Below, in pieces: positions 26,155-36,802 of a DNA stretch of 64,000 bases. The stretch comes from Spirochaetota bacterium. GTDB taxonomy: Bacteria > Spirochaetota > UBA4802 > UBA5550. The stretch covers positions 30,272-94,271 of the forward strand of contig JBGSQT010000005.1 of NCBI GenBank assembly GCA_041737965.1, written 5' to 3'. How positions within the stretch are numbered: position 1 is the stretch's first letter; each line of letters starts with the position of its first letter. The notes under the pieces were generated by a model, which ran no database searches, was not told the origin of the DNA, and was given only the letters and a program-made list of their open reading frames with translations. Made by a program: the position numbers and the translations under genes.

Positions 26155-28925
26155 TCCGTATCCATGTTCCTGATAATATCGGTGCACCGTTGGCAAATCT
26201 CGGGATGATCCTTGTCGGTCCCCAGAGTGTCGTAGTAGTTCCAGCAGCGGACGCATTTTTTGCCGGCGGATTTTTTCACGACTATCCATGCCGCGTCGAA
26301 CTTTTCCATTTCCGCGGACTTTTCATCGGGGACCTCGGCTTTGGCAGCCTGAAGGAACCTCTTCAGATCGTCACCCATTTCCCTCAGGACGTTCCGGACC
26401 GATTCGCTTTCGACGTAAATCGAAATGTCAGCTTCGAGGGAAGTTTTTATTGTTTTGTCTTTTCTCACAAGCTCCAGCGCCTTGAGCACGTCGCTTTTTA
26501 CTTTTACCAGATCATCGATTTTTGAGGCCACCGGCTCGTTGAAGAACCGGTTGTCCGGGCGGTAATACCGCTCCGTATGCACGGACCCTGAGTGGAGGCC
26601 GTTGAACCGCCATATCTCTTCGGCAGTGAAGGCCAGGATCGGCGCGATCAGGGGGGCCAGGCACTTGTAAATCTCGTTGAGGACCGTCTGGTTTGCCCTC
26701 CGCTTTTTCGAGTTTTTCCTCTCGATATAGAGTATGTCCTTGGAAAGGTCGAAATATATCGATGAGAGCTCTACGGCGCAGAAATTTACGATCCGCCGGT
26801 ACACCATGTGAAACTCGAAATTTTCGTAGTGCCTGAGGACTTTCTCCGACAGGACATATATCTGGTGCAGTGTCCACTTGTCGAGGTCCGGAAGCTCGTC
26901 ATAGGCGACCGAATTCTTCGCTTCGTCGAAATCGGAGATGTTGCCCAGGATGAACTTGAAGGTGTTCCTGATCTTTCTGTAGGAGTCGGCGGTCTGCTGC
27001 ATCATGTTCATGCCTATCCTGACGTCGTTCCGGTAGTCCTCTGAGGAGACCCAGAGGCGCAGGATGTCGGCACCGTATTTTTTTATGAGGTCTTCGGGAG
27101 GGATTACGTTCCCCTGGGATTTGCTCATCGCCTTCCCTTCTTCGTCCAGAACGAAACCGTGGGTGAGCACGGTCCCGTAGGGGGCCCTGTCCCGCAGGGC
27201 CACCGCGGGCCAGAGAGACGACTGGAACCATCCCCGGTGCTGGTCGCTCCCTTCAAGGTATAGGTCCGCGGGCCAGCGGTGCCCTTTCCATGATTCCAGG
27301 ACCGCGAAATGGGACACGCCGGAATCGAACCAGACGTCCAGAATGTCAAACTCCTTGACGAACTCCCCGCTGCCGCATTTGCATTTCGTTCCCGCGGGCA
27401 CAAGATCAGCGATATTGTCGGTGTACCAGGTGTCGATCCCCCGCTCCAGGGCGATTCCGGAGAAGTGCGCGATGCTCTCCGCGCTCATCATATTCTGTTC
27501 GCATTTCGCGCACCGGAAGGATGGTATCGGAACCCCCCAGGAACGCTGGCGCGAGAGGCACCAGTCGGGCCTGGTTTCAACCATGCTTCTGAATCTGGTC
27601 TCGCCCCAGGAGGGGATCCATTTCGTGTCATCCACCGCCTTCAGGCCCCTTTTTCTCAGGTCCCTGTGGTCGATGCTGAAAAACCACTGTTCCGTGGCGC
27701 GGAAGATCAGCGGCTTCTTGCACCGCCAGCAGTGGGGATAGGAGTGCTCGATTTTATGCGTGTGGATGAGGACGTTCCTTTTTTTCAGGAGGTCCACAAC
27801 CCTGTCGTTGGCGTCGAATACGTTTATTCCTTTCATTTCGGGGAATTCGCCGGTAAAGCGCCCCTCGTCGTCCACGGGGCAGTATACGTCAAGACCGTAT
27901 TGAAGCCCCACGAGGTAGTCCTCGTATCCGTGGCCAGGGGCGGTGTGGACCACGCCGGTCCCCTGCTCCATGGTCACGTGATCGCCGAAAATCACCTTTG
28001 ATTCCCTGTCGATGAAAGGATGCCGCACCTTCATCTTCTCTATGGCTTCCTTCGGTACGTCGATGCCGTCCCCCTTTCTGGGGCCGGCAATCTCCTCAAA
28101 CCGGTCGGCAAGCCCTTTTGCGATCAGATAATAATCGCCCCCGAAATCGTACATAGAGTATTCCAAATCGGGATGGAAGCACACCGCCAGGTTCGCCGGG
28201 AGGGTCCAGGGGGTGGTGGTCCAGATCACCACGTAGGCGCGGTCCCGGTCGATTCCCTTCAGGCTTATGGATTCGGGGTCGACTTTGAATTTAACGTACA
28301 CCGAGGGCGATGTGTGGTCGCCGTACTCGACTTCCGCCTCCGCCAGCGCGGTCACGCAGGTGGGGCACCAGTAAATCGGTTTTTTGCTCTTGAAAATGTA
28401 TCCTTCCTGGAAAAGTTTTCCGAAAACCTCGACGATCTTGGCCTCGTATTCCGGCGTCAGCGTCTTGTAGGGATTCTCATAGTCTCCGAACACGCCCAGC
28501 CGTTTGAACTCCTCCATCTGTATGCGGACGAACTCCTCGGCGAAGGCGCGGCACCGTTTTCTGATGTCGACTTTCGGCATGTCCTTGGCCCTGTCGCCCA
28601 GCTCGCGGGTCACGCTCAGCTCGATGGGAAGGCCGTGGCAGTCCCAGCCGGGCACGTAGGGGGCGCGGAACCCCATCATCGACTTGTGCTTGACGATAAT
28701 GTCCTTGAGTATCTTGTTGAGCGCGTGCCCCAGGTGTATGTGGCCGTTTGCGTAGGGGGGGCCGTCATGAAGTATGTATAGATCGTCCTTTTCCCTGTTG
28801 TTAAGAATCGTTTCGTAAATGCCGCCGTCCTCCCACTGCTTCAGCAATTCCGGTTCACGCTGAGGCAGGTTCGCCTTCATCGGGAATTCCGTTGTCGGAA
28901 GATTGACGGTTTTCGAGTAGTCCAT
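26151..28925 (-). CDS. ileS: isoleucine--tRNA ligase
   Basis: 924 aa. HDGPPYANGHIHLGH (HIGH), KMSKSQGN (KMSKS) and a C-terminal Zn-finger CVRCWNY...CQRC. Confidence 0.97.
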   Translation of the reverse strand: MDYSKTVNLPTTEFPMKANLPQREPELLKQWEDGGIYETILNNREKDDLYILHDGPPYANGHIHLGHALNKILKDIIVKHKSMMGFRAPYVPGWDCHGLPIELSVTRELGDRAKDMPKVDIRKRCRAFAEEFVRIQMEEFKRLGVFGDYENPYKTLTPEYEAKIVEVFGKLFQEGYIFKSKKPIYWCPTCVTALAEAEVEYGDHTSPSVYVKFKVDPESISLKGIDRDRAYVVIWTTTPWTLPANLAVCFHPDLEYSMYDFGGDYYLIAKGLADRFEEIAGPRKGDGIDVPKEAIEKMKVRHPFIDRESKVIFGDHVTMEQGTGVVHTAPGHGYEDYLVGLQYGLDVYCPVDDEGRFTGEFPEMKGINVFDANDRVVDLLKKRNVLIHTHKIEHSYPHCWRCKKPLIFRATEQWFFSIDHRDLRKRGLKAVDDTKWIPSWGETRFRSMVETRPDWCLSRQRSWGVPIPSFRCAKCEQNMMSAESIAHFSGIALERGIDTWYTDNIADLVPAGTKCKCGSGEFVKEFDILDVWFDSGVSHFAVLESWKGHRWPADLYLEGSDQHRGWFQSSLWPAVALRDRAPYGTVLTHGFVLDEEGKAMSKSQGNVIPPEDLIKKYGADILRLWVSSEDYRNDVRIGMNMMQQTADSYRKIRNTFKFILGNISDFDEAKNSVAYDELPDLDKWTLHQIYVLSEKVLRHYENFEFHMVYRRIVNFCAVELSSIYFDLSKDILYIERKNSKKRRANQTVLNEIYKCLAPLIAPILAFTAEEIWRFNGLHSGSVHTERYYRPDNRFFNEPVASKIDDLVKVKSDVLKALELVRKDKTIKTSLEADISIYVESESVRNVLREMGDDLKRFLQAAKAEVPDEKSAEMEKFDAAWIVVKKSAGKKCVRCWNYYDTLGTDKDHPEICQRCTDIIRNMDTE

Positions 28926-29190
28926 GGTTTCCTCGCCTGCACGGTTCTGACCGCGCGATAATTTGCGGGAATGGAACCCACAATATCAGCATAGATGAAA
29001 AATTCAGCCACTTTTTGTCAATGTTTTTTTCCGAAGGAGCCGTCTGGCGCCACGGCTATGCCTCCATGCTCCGGTGAGGTTCCGCGGCGGCGAAGAGCAT
29101 GATGGCGGCATCTGCATGACATGCATCGGCGTGGCGTGATTCCATTAAATACGCCATATTCCGGAGAAATATGGAGAGATGAAATGTTTG

Positions 29191-29219
29191 TTGACACCCC
29201 GATCCGGAACAAGTAATAG
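29191..29219 (+). promoter_or_regulatory. sigma-70-like promoter (TTGACA-17-TAATAG) upstream of the hydrolase gene
   Basis: TTGACA at 29191-29196 and TAATAG at 29214-29219, about 60 nt upstream of ATG 29280. Confidence 0.35.
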
Positions 29220-29279
29220 CAATAAAATAATTCGCTTTACCCCGCGCATCCACGGGCGCATCTGACCAATGCCGATGAA

Positions 29280-30044
29280 ATGATGGAAGAGATACGGTTT
29301 TTAAACAACAGACAAAGGCCGCTCAACGGCAGGATTTACGGGAAACTGGAAAAGAGTGCGGAGGGAGTCATTTTTTCCCACGGGCTTTTTTCGAGCAAGG
29401 ACGGGTATAAAATCACAAGAATCGCTGAATCCATCGCTCTGGCAGGATTTCCTCTGATGACCTTTGATTTTTCCTTCGCTGCCGGATCGGAGCAGGGGGC
29501 CGAGCGCCTGTCGGTGCTCCAGGAGGTCGAGGACCTCGCCGCCGCGGCCGAGTTCTTCGAGCGAAGGGGGGCCTGCCGTATCCATTTCGTGGGTTCCAGC
29601 ATGGGGGCGGCGGTGACGCTACTGTACCTTGCGCGGCGGCCCGCACACGCGCTCTCCTTTGCGGGTATCGCGACCCCCGCGGACCTGAGGGGGCTTGTGA
29701 CAATGAATTCTCCGGTGAAGGATTTCGAGTCGCTCCCGGAAGGAGGGACCACCGACCTGGGGGGCGTAAATGTGGGAAACGGTTTTTTCAGGGAGATCGC
29801 GGGAATAGACATGGAGGGGGCGCTGTCCCGGCTGGCGGTCCCTGTTCTTCTCATTCACGGAGGAAGGGACACTGTGGTGCCGCCGTACAACACGGAGCTG
29901 GTGAAAAACGGTGCCGCCGTTCCGGTCGCCACGGTCATCATCGACGACGGAGACCACAATCTCGTAAGGGACGCGGACATCGAGACAATACGGGAATCGC
30001 TGATCGGGTGGTTCGGGGCTTCCGGCCGCGGGGGGAGGAAATAA
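29280..30044 (+). CDS. alpha/beta-fold hydrolase
   Basis: GVIFSHGLFSSK, nucleophile elbow VGSSMGA, and IHGGRDTVVP...GDHNL (catalytic Asp/His regions). Confidence 0.88.
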   Translation: MMEEIRFLNNRQRPLNGRIYGKLEKSAEGVIFSHGLFSSKDGYKITRIAESIALAGFPLMTFDFSFAAGSEQGAERLSVLQEVEDLAAAAEFFERRGACRIHFVGSSMGAAVTLLYLARRPAHALSFAGIATPADLRGLVTMNSPVKDFESLPEGGTTDLGGVNVGNGFFREIAGIDMEGALSRLAVPVLLIHGGRDTVVPPYNTELVKNGAAVPVATVIIDDGDHNLVRDADIETIRESLIGWFGASGRGGRK

Positions 30045-30068
30045 CAATATGATTAAGGTGATAACGTC

Positions 30069-30452
30069 ATGATTTCATTGTATATTCTGGTTCTCGGGAT
30101 AACGCTCCTTCTGTCAAGCATGGCGGAGTTTCTGTTTCCCCTTCACGCTTTTCGTTTCTGGACCTGGTACATGTCCGGAAAAAAATTTTTCCTCCACGGC
30201 GCGGTGCTCATCTCAGGCGGACTCCCCCTGGTCATGTACCGCGGCCCGCTTTCAACCGTGATTTTCATTATCGGGGCGCTGGTGATACTTACGGGGCCGT
30301 TTGTCCTCATTTATCCTGAAAAAATTAGAGGCATGTATCTGTCCGTCAGTTCCGAACTCGACGGCAGGGGTATACGGAATCTCGTGTTTTTCGACGCCAC
30401 GGTGAGGGGCATGGCCGGGATGCTTTTCACGGTCAGTTATTTCATAGCATGA
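30069..30452 (+). CDS. small integral membrane protein, function unknown
   Basis: 127 aa with 3-4 hydrophobic helices. Co-directional with the hydrolase and 24 nt after it. Confidence 0.65.
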   Translation: MISLYILVLGITLLLSSMAEFLFPLHAFRFWTWYMSGKKFFLHGAVLISGGLPLVMYRGPLSTVIFIIGALVILTGPFVLIYPEKIRGMYLSVSSELDGRGIRNLVFFDATVRGMAGMLFTVSYFIA

Positions 30453-30464
30453 CGCGGCGCGGTT

Positions 30465-31493
30465 TCAATCAGTCCATTCCGACGGCCGGGCAAGAAGGTA
30501 GCACATCAGGTGGTCCTCAAACGTTTTTTTCGGCCCCGGCAGGCCGCTCACGGACCTGAATTCGGAATTTTTTTTTCTGAGCATGTAGGAACGGTAGATC
30601 TCCCTCGGATCGGAGTAGTTGTACCTGGGATGCGTCATGTCCTCCCCCAGTATCTCCTCTATTTCATTCAGGGAAAGGGAGCTTTTCTTCGTCTTTTCCA
30701 TTTCGTACATCAGGTGCGTCATCTCCTCATAGCTCAGCCCCATGAGGAATTCCTGGAGCGCAAACAGGATACCTTCGTTGATTTCGTCCTGGTTGAAAAA
30801 ATCCGCCAGTAACCCGTCGCCGCTCTCCCCGGTGAGCATGAAAAGCTCCGACAGTCCGAGCAGCGTGCCGAAGGCCGGTTTCAGTTTTTTCCTGGCGCTC
30901 CAGAGGTTCCCCAGTATGGGCGCGAATTCCCTGACCCCGCAGTCTATCCTGTGCTCCCACAGGTTCGCCAGATTGTAGCCGGCATTGGTGCGTATATGAA
31001 GGGAGATTCCCTTTTCTGAGATGATCGACAGGTACACGTCCTCGGCCATTATCCCGTAAATGTTTCTCGTAATAATTTCGAGTATTTCATTCTCGTTATC
31101 CAGGAGGGACCTGTTTTCGCGGGCAAGGTAGAGAAGCATTAATAAGAAATTGACCTTTGCCACGGCAAACCCCTTGCCCAGGAGCGCCTTTGTGGGTATG
31201 TGGAGCATGAGGTCCATGATGTCCTTGACGCAGAGCGTCTCCACCAGTGTCTCAATGGAACGGGACGATCCTCCCAGCTGCTGGGTCCCTAAAATGGACG
31301 GGTATTTTGAAATTGAACCTGCCAGTTCTTCAAGGGCGTTGAGGTTTACGTTGATCGATTCAATGGACTCGATATCGGCGGAAGTGACGAGCTTCTCTTT
31401 GATTGTTGAGATGATGCGTCTTTCGTCTTTTCTGAAGAGAATGATCTTGTTCATGCCCTCTGCCGCGGTCCGACCGGCCGCGGATAGAGACAA
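30465..31493 (-). CDS. hypothetical protein (no family recognised)
   Basis: 342-aa ORF with coding-like, non-repetitive composition. The track start is TTG; the ATG at 31454 (MNKIILF) is an alternative. Confidence 0.7.
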   Translation of the reverse strand: MSLSAAGRTAAEGMNKIILFRKDERRIISTIKEKLVTSADIESIESINVNLNALEELAGSISKYPSILGTQQLGGSSRSIETLVETLCVKDIMDLMLHIPTKALLGKGFAVAKVNFLLMLLYLARENRSLLDNENEILEIITRNIYGIMAEDVYLSIISEKGISLHIRTNAGYNLANLWEHRIDCGVREFAPILGNLWSARKKLKPAFGTLLGLSELFMLTGESGDGLLADFFNQDEINEGILFALQEFLMGLSYEEMTHLMYEMEKTKKSSLSLNEIEEILGEDMTHPRYNYSDPREIYRSYMLRKKNSEFRSVSGLPGPKKTFEDHLMCYLLARPSEWTD

Positions 31494-31518
31494 AGCCGCG
31501 CCGGTGTGCTGGGCCGTT

Positions 31519-32994
31519 TCAAAACAGCCTTTTCAGGAGTTTTTGGGCACCCCGTTTTGCCCGGTTTTCCGCTTCCTTGGCCGCCTTGTCCAGCGCCTGT
31601 TTCGCCCTATCCTCCGCCTCTTTTTTAAGCGCGTTGGTGACCTCGCTCCCGGCCCCTTTTATAACGTCATCGATCGAGCCCAATTGGGGATGAAGAAGTT
31701 TTACGCTGGGATTGTCGGTGGTGCCCGTTGCGGCAAAGCGCATGTACACCTGCCCGCGTTCGTTCAGCAGTGGCCTCATGGCGGCGTCTGTGATGTTGTC
31801 GGCCTTTACGTATTTGTCGACGCCGAGACGCTTCAGGCCCGATTCGATATTCCTGCGTATGCCGGTGCGTATCGCCCCTTTCCTGCTGTCGGAAAGCACA
31901 AGATCTACCTTCATGTCCAGCGCCTTAGTGTTGATGTTGGTGCTCCCCTCAAAAAGGATGATCACTTCTTTGGCGTTGATCCTGCCGTCGGAAATCCTGG
32001 CGCCGCCCCTCTTGTAATACGCCTTCACGTAGGCGGCCTTAGACCCCTTCCATTCGGTCTTCCCTTTCAGGAACTCGAGATGTCTTCCGACATATTTGTT
32101 GATCTGTTCGTTTTCCGTGATGCGGTCGAAGATCTGCAAACCGGTGAAATACCCGTTGGGCGAGCCCATATCGAGCGACACTTCCGGGTCCACCTTCCCG
32201 CTTGAAGGATCGAAGGGTTTCACCGTTCCGTGCACGTCAAAGGTGATGTCAAAGGACTTTACGGTGCCGGAGCGGATCTCCCCCATGGTTTTGATGCCGG
32301 TATACACCGTGATTCCCACGGAATTTTCGCTGTTAAGGGATTTCGGGTTGATGCGGATATCGTGCAGAAGCGCCCTGAGGCCGTAAATCTGAAATGCCTG
32401 TTTCAGAGAGAGGTCGCGGAAATTCACCAGGCCGCGCTCGATTCCCACCTTCCCCACGGTGATCTCCACCGGGAGGTCCGCTGCGGTGAATTCATTTTTC
32501 TTATCGACGGCCTCCTCCTTTTTTTGCCTTTCCAGATCGGCTTTTTCCTCCGGAGTCATTTTTTTCGGCGCGGTGAGATCGCTGAAATTGAATCTTCCGG
32601 ATTCGCTCTTCACGATGTTCACCACCGGGCCGTTAAGGGTCAGCTCTCTGAGCACGAATTTCCGTTTGAGCAGGGGGAGGAACTGTACCTTGAACCTGAA
32701 GGACTCCATGCTGGCGAACATGTCATTTTGCGGCACCGCCTTGCCCTCAAGCGCCTTCATCTGGGCGTCGGTTTTGTAATTCGACACGGTGACATTTTTC
32801 ACCTCTATTCCCGACACGACGGAAAAGACACTGACGTCGATGTCCCCGATAACCACGTGGCGGTGCAATGCCTCCTTCATGCTCTTTTCGATAAAGGCCT
32901 TATCCACGATGACCATCACGGCTATGCTCGCCGCAATTATAAGGAAAAGGACGACGCCCGCAATGATTCCGACGATTTTCAGCGCTTTTTTCAT
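31519..32994 (-). CDS. AsmA-family outer-membrane biogenesis protein
   Basis: Start taken at MKKALKIVGIIAGVVLFLIIAASIAVMV (single N-terminal anchor), followed by long beta-rich repetitive sequence typical of AsmA-like proteins. The track ORF extends to 33060. Confidence 0.8.
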   Translation of the reverse strand: MKKALKIVGIIAGVVLFLIIAASIAVMVIVDKAFIEKSMKEALHRHVVIGDIDVSVFSVVSGIEVKNVTVSNYKTDAQMKALEGKAVPQNDMFASMESFRFKVQFLPLLKRKFVLRELTLNGPVVNIVKSESGRFNFSDLTAPKKMTPEEKADLERQKKEEAVDKKNEFTAADLPVEITVGKVGIERGLVNFRDLSLKQAFQIYGLRALLHDIRINPKSLNSENSVGITVYTGIKTMGEIRSGTVKSFDITFDVHGTVKPFDPSSGKVDPEVSLDMGSPNGYFTGLQIFDRITENEQINKYVGRHLEFLKGKTEWKGSKAAYVKAYYKRGGARISDGRINAKEVIILFEGSTNINTKALDMKVDLVLSDSRKGAIRTGIRRNIESGLKRLGVDKYVKADNITDAAMRPLLNERGQVYMRFAATGTTDNPSVKLLHPQLGSIDDVIKGAGSEVTNALKKEAEDRAKQALDKAAKEAENRAKRGAQKLLKRLF

Positions 32995-33081
32995 GGTCCG
33001 CTCAGCTCCTCGCGATAATGTTGATAAAAGGCGTGCGAAAAAGGGCGCCGCCGGGGACACCCTTTTTTCGCGAATATTCGT

Positions 33082-34098
33082 TTACCAGACAAATCCCAGG
33101 GACACGCCGACATTGAACCCCTTCTTGATGTAGTAGGACACAGGCACGTCGATTATTACCGGCCCGAAGGAGAGCCCGATTCCGGCGACGAGTTTCGGAT
33201 AGATGTTGTATTCGCCGTGCTTTTCCCTGCCGCGGATGGTCACCCAGCCGGGATCATTGAGCGGGGCAGCCGTGTTGTACGCATATCCGATATTGCGGAG
33301 CGACAGCTCGGAATTGCCGAAGGCCAGGTCTGCCCCGCCGCCCAGGGTTATATTGAGCACCCACAGGAGCCGTATCGCCGTCGTCGCTTCCAGAGGAACC
33401 ACGAAGGAATAGGTTTTCACCCCTATCCTGAAGGCAGGATCGATCGTTACCGGACCGGCAACAACAAGGCTTTCCTGCGTATAATCGTACTTTATGACGT
33501 TGGACTGAAACATGAGGCCTGTGCCTATGGAGAGGCCGCGCCAGAGGATGATTCCGGACGGGATCCTGATCGGATTGATGATCTGGTAGTTCACCGGGAC
33601 ACCGACGGAAAGGGTTTTGAACTGCCAGTCCCCGTAGCGGTAGTTGATATAACCGAAGCGGATGCCGAGGTACAGGTTTTCCGTGGATCGCCATCCGAAC
33701 TGGACTGCCGGCGCATTAACCCCGATGCCCGCGCTGATATCGCCGTTTCGCTGGAGTTCATCCGCGATGTGTTTGTAATAATCGAGATTGGTGCTGGGGA
33801 CCTGCATCCCCACCATGGCCCCGATGGTGATGGCGAATCGGTCATACCCTATGTAGCCCCGCTGGGTCACCGCGTGGGCCGAATAGGCGCTGGCCTTGGA
33901 AAACCCGGCAGCAAGATCGGTAAGGCTCTGAAATTTTGAAAGCTGGATGTTTGCCGTAGTGATTGCAGCGTCATATTGGGGGGCAGTCACTCCTCCGGGT
34001 ATTTTCCCGGGAGCCACTATAATGTAGGCTCCGGCGTACTGGACCCCCGCGGACATGATGAACACCGCAGCCGCGGCGGAAGTAACGAATTTTTTCAT
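33082..34098 (-). CDS. outer-membrane beta-barrel (porin-like) protein
   Basis: Signal peptide MKKFVTSAAAAVFIMSAGVQYAGA (GGGAGGA 9 nt upstream), alternating-hydrophobicity strands, and C-terminal ...VSLGFVW. Confidence 0.75.
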   Translation of the reverse strand: MKKFVTSAAAAVFIMSAGVQYAGAYIIVAPGKIPGGVTAPQYDAAITTANIQLSKFQSLTDLAAGFSKASAYSAHAVTQRGYIGYDRFAITIGAMVGMQVPSTNLDYYKHIADELQRNGDISAGIGVNAPAVQFGWRSTENLYLGIRFGYINYRYGDWQFKTLSVGVPVNYQIINPIRIPSGIILWRGLSIGTGLMFQSNVIKYDYTQESLVVAGPVTIDPAFRIGVKTYSFVVPLEATTAIRLLWVLNITLGGGADLAFGNSELSLRNIGYAYNTAAPLNDPGWVTIRGREKHGEYNIYPKLVAGIGLSFGPVIIDVPVSYYIKKGFNVGVSLGFVW

Positions 34099-34287
34099 TT
34101 TCAATGGTCCTCCCTCTGAAATTTGGGGTGCTTCACTTTTAAAATGCTCTATCAATATACCATGGTTTTTTAGTGTAATACAATTATTTTTTTCCGGGAT
34201 CGGATAAATAGTGCAGGCGGTGCTGTTTTTTTGATGAAGGGAGGAGGCATACCGGCACGGGACATCCGCGCCGGTATGCCCCGGAAT

Positions 34288-35487
34288 TCACATGTTTTCG
34301 ATAAGCACCGCGACGCCCATGCCTCCGCCAACGCAGAGCGTGGCGATCCCCTGCTTCGAGTTCCTCTTCTTCATCTCATGAATGAGGGAAACGATGAGCC
34401 GTGCGCCGGTGCATCCCACCGGGTGGCCCAGGGCTATGCCGGAACCGTTCACGTTCACCTTCGACCTGTCAAGCCCCAGGCCGCGTTCGCAGGCGATGTA
34501 CTGGGCCGCGAAGGCCTCGTTTGCCTCGACAAGGTCGATGTCGTCGAGTTTCTTGCCGGTCTTCTTTAAAAGTTTCGTCACCGCCGGCACCGGCCCGTAT
34601 CCCATGAGGTGGGGTTCGCACCCTGCCACGGCGTTTCCGGCGATCCTTGCCAGCGGTTTTATCCCCAGTTCCTTGGCTTTTTTCGCGGTGGTGATCAGCA
34701 GCGCCGCGGCACCGTCGTTCAGGCCCGAGGAATTCCCCGCGGTGACCGTCCCGTTTTTCCTGTCGAACGCCGGCTTCAATGACGCCAGGTTTTCCATGCT
34801 TACGTCGCGCCTTGGGTGCTCGTCGGTGTCGAACATCTTCGGTTCCCCTTTGCGCTGCGGTATGGGGACAGGAATGATTTCATCCCTGAATCTGCCCGAG
34901 TCAATCGCGGCAATCGCTTTCGAGTGGCTTTCAAAGGCCAGCCGGTCCTGGTCTTCCCTGCTGACATTGTACTTTTTCGCAAGGTTCTCGGCGGTCTGTC
35001 CCATGATATAGGCCTCGCCGAGAAGGCCGCTGCCGGAATGGAGCAGTTCCCACATGGCGTCGGTCATTTCTCCGTGCTGGAGTCTGGCGCCCCATCTGGC
35101 GGCCTTCAGCACATAGGGGGCGTTGCTCATTGACTCGCATCCCCCGGCCAGCACCATCTCCGAGTCCCCGGCGATTATCTGCTGGCTCGCGAAAATGGCC
35201 GCCTGCATTCCCGACGCGCACTGGCGCTGGATGGTGGCGGCGGGGACTTCCACCGGGATGCCGGCCTTGAGCGCGGCGGTCCTGGCGGTGTTGGCCTCTT
35301 CCGATGTCTGGATGCAGTCGCCGAAAATGACGTCGCTCAGGTCCTTCCCCTCCACGCCCGCCCGCTTCAGCGCTTCATTCATCACCAGCGCGGCCAGCTC
35401 ATAGGCGCGAACGTTTGTAAGCGTTTTGCCGAAGCTCCCGATGGGCGTACGGCACGCGGAAACGATAACAATCTCTTCACTGGACAT
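34288..35487 (-). CDS. acetyl-CoA C-acetyltransferase (thiolase II)
   Basis: [13 protein letters not shown], active-site QCASGMQA, and [19 protein letters not shown]...CVGGGMG; 399 aa. Confidence 0.95.
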   Translation of the reverse strand: MSSEEIVIVSACRTPIGSFGKTLTNVRAYELAALVMNEALKRAGVEGKDLSDVIFGDCIQTSEEANTARTAALKAGIPVEVPAATIQRQCASGMQAAIFASQQIIAGDSEMVLAGGCESMSNAPYVLKAARWGARLQHGEMTDAMWELLHSGSGLLGEAYIMGQTAENLAKKYNVSREDQDRLAFESHSKAIAAIDSGRFRDEIIPVPIPQRKGEPKMFDTDEHPRRDVSMENLASLKPAFDRKNGTVTAGNSSGLNDGAAALLITTAKKAKELGIKPLARIAGNAVAGCEPHLMGYGPVPAVTKLLKKTGKKLDDIDLVEANEAFAAQYIACERGLGLDRSKVNVNGSGIALGHPVGCTGARLIVSLIHEMKKRNSKQGIATLCVGGGMGVAVLIENM

Positions 35488-35610
35488 GTTGTTCTCCTGA
35501 ATCTTTATCTGTTTTTTATTTTATCACACCGGATGGCATGACATCAGCAAATTGTAAAATGCGGTTCATCCCTGTCAAGGAGCATTTAATAATAGGATGC
35601 CGTATAAGTA

Positions 35611-35639
35611 TTGACAGTTCCTGTTTCAGGGGTTATCAT
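35611..35639 (+). promoter_or_regulatory. sigma-70-like promoter (TTGACA-17-TATCAT) of corA
   Basis: TTGACA at 35611-35616 and TATCAT at 35634-35639. The ~80-nt leader contains a 7-bp hairpin, ATGCCGC...GCGGCAT. Confidence 0.4.
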
Positions 35640-35726
35640 ATACGCCACGCACTCTGAAAAGATTTCGGCAATGCCGCGCACTCTCATGCGGCATACGGGT
35701 TTAACCGGCGCGGGGGCGGTTCTTAT

Positions 35727-36794
35727 ATGTGGAAATTCATCACTCGTTCATCGAAGAAAAAAGGGCTCCCTCCGGGCACGCTTGTCCATGTGGGCGAAAA
35801 AAAGGGCGCGGAGTCCCGCATCCTCCATATCGAATACGACAGCGATTACTATAACATCCGGGACATAGAGGAAATAAACAGCGATCTCCTGAAGTCCGAG
35901 GCGAAATGGGTCCAGTGGATCGACGTGGTGGGCCTCGACAGGGTCGACCTGATCGAACAGATCGGCAACCTCTTTAAAATACACCCCCTGGTAATGGAGG
36001 ATATCCTGAACACCAACCAGCGGTCGAAATACGACGAGTGGGACGGTTACGCGTTTCTGGCCCTCAAGCTGGTTCATATTGAAGACGAGAGCTTCGAGGT
36101 GACGCCGGAGCAGGTGAGCCTCATCATAATGGACGGCATGGTCCTCTCATTTCAGGAAACCGAAGGGGACGATTTTCTCCACATCGTGAACAGGATAATG
36201 AACAACGAGGGGAGGATCAGAAAAACAGGGGTCGATTACCTTGTCTGCTCTCTGGTGGATTCCATCGTGGACAACTATTTCGTGGCCCTGGACAGGCTGG
36301 GGGAGCGGGCCGAATTCCTCGAAAGCGAGCTCCTGTCAGGTTTCGACCGCGTGGATCAGAACGAAATACATTTTCTGAAGCGCGAAGTCATGTTTCTGCG
36401 GAAGTCGCTTTGGCCGCTCAGGGAGGTGCTGGCGGCGCTGACCCGGGGGGAGAGCTCCTACATCGGACATGAAACCCAGCGGTACGTGCGGGACATTTAC
36501 GACCACGTGATCGAGGTGATCGACTCGCTGGAACTTCTTCGTGAGACGATCACCAGCATGATCGACATCTATCTGTCAGGGATCAACAACAGGATGAACA
36601 AGGTGATGAAGTTTCTCACCATGATCACCACGATATTCATCCCCCTCAGTCTCATTGCCGGCATCTACGGAATGAATTTCCGGAACATGCCGGAATTGAG
36701 TTCGGAATACGGATATTTCGCCACACTGGGGATGATGGTCCTGTGCGCGGTCGGCTTTCTGGTGTATTTCAAACGAAAAAAATGGTTTGATTGA
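35727..36794 (+). CDS. corA: magnesium/cobalt transporter CorA
   Basis: 355 aa with the C-terminal signature GIYGMNF between two TM helices. Confidence 0.95.
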   Translation: MWKFITRSSKKKGLPPGTLVHVGEKKGAESRILHIEYDSDYYNIRDIEEINSDLLKSEAKWVQWIDVVGLDRVDLIEQIGNLFKIHPLVMEDILNTNQRSKYDEWDGYAFLALKLVHIEDESFEVTPEQVSLIIMDGMVLSFQETEGDDFLHIVNRIMNNEGRIRKTGVDYLVCSLVDSIVDNYFVALDRLGERAEFLESELLSGFDRVDQNEIHFLKREVMFLRKSLWPLREVLAALTRGESSYIGHETQRYVRDIYDHVIEVIDSLELLRETITSMIDIYLSGINNRMNKVMKFLTMITTIFIPLSLIAGIYGMNFRNMPELSSEYGYFATLGMMVLCAVGFLVYFKRKKWFD

Positions 36795-36802
36795 ACTCCC
36801 CA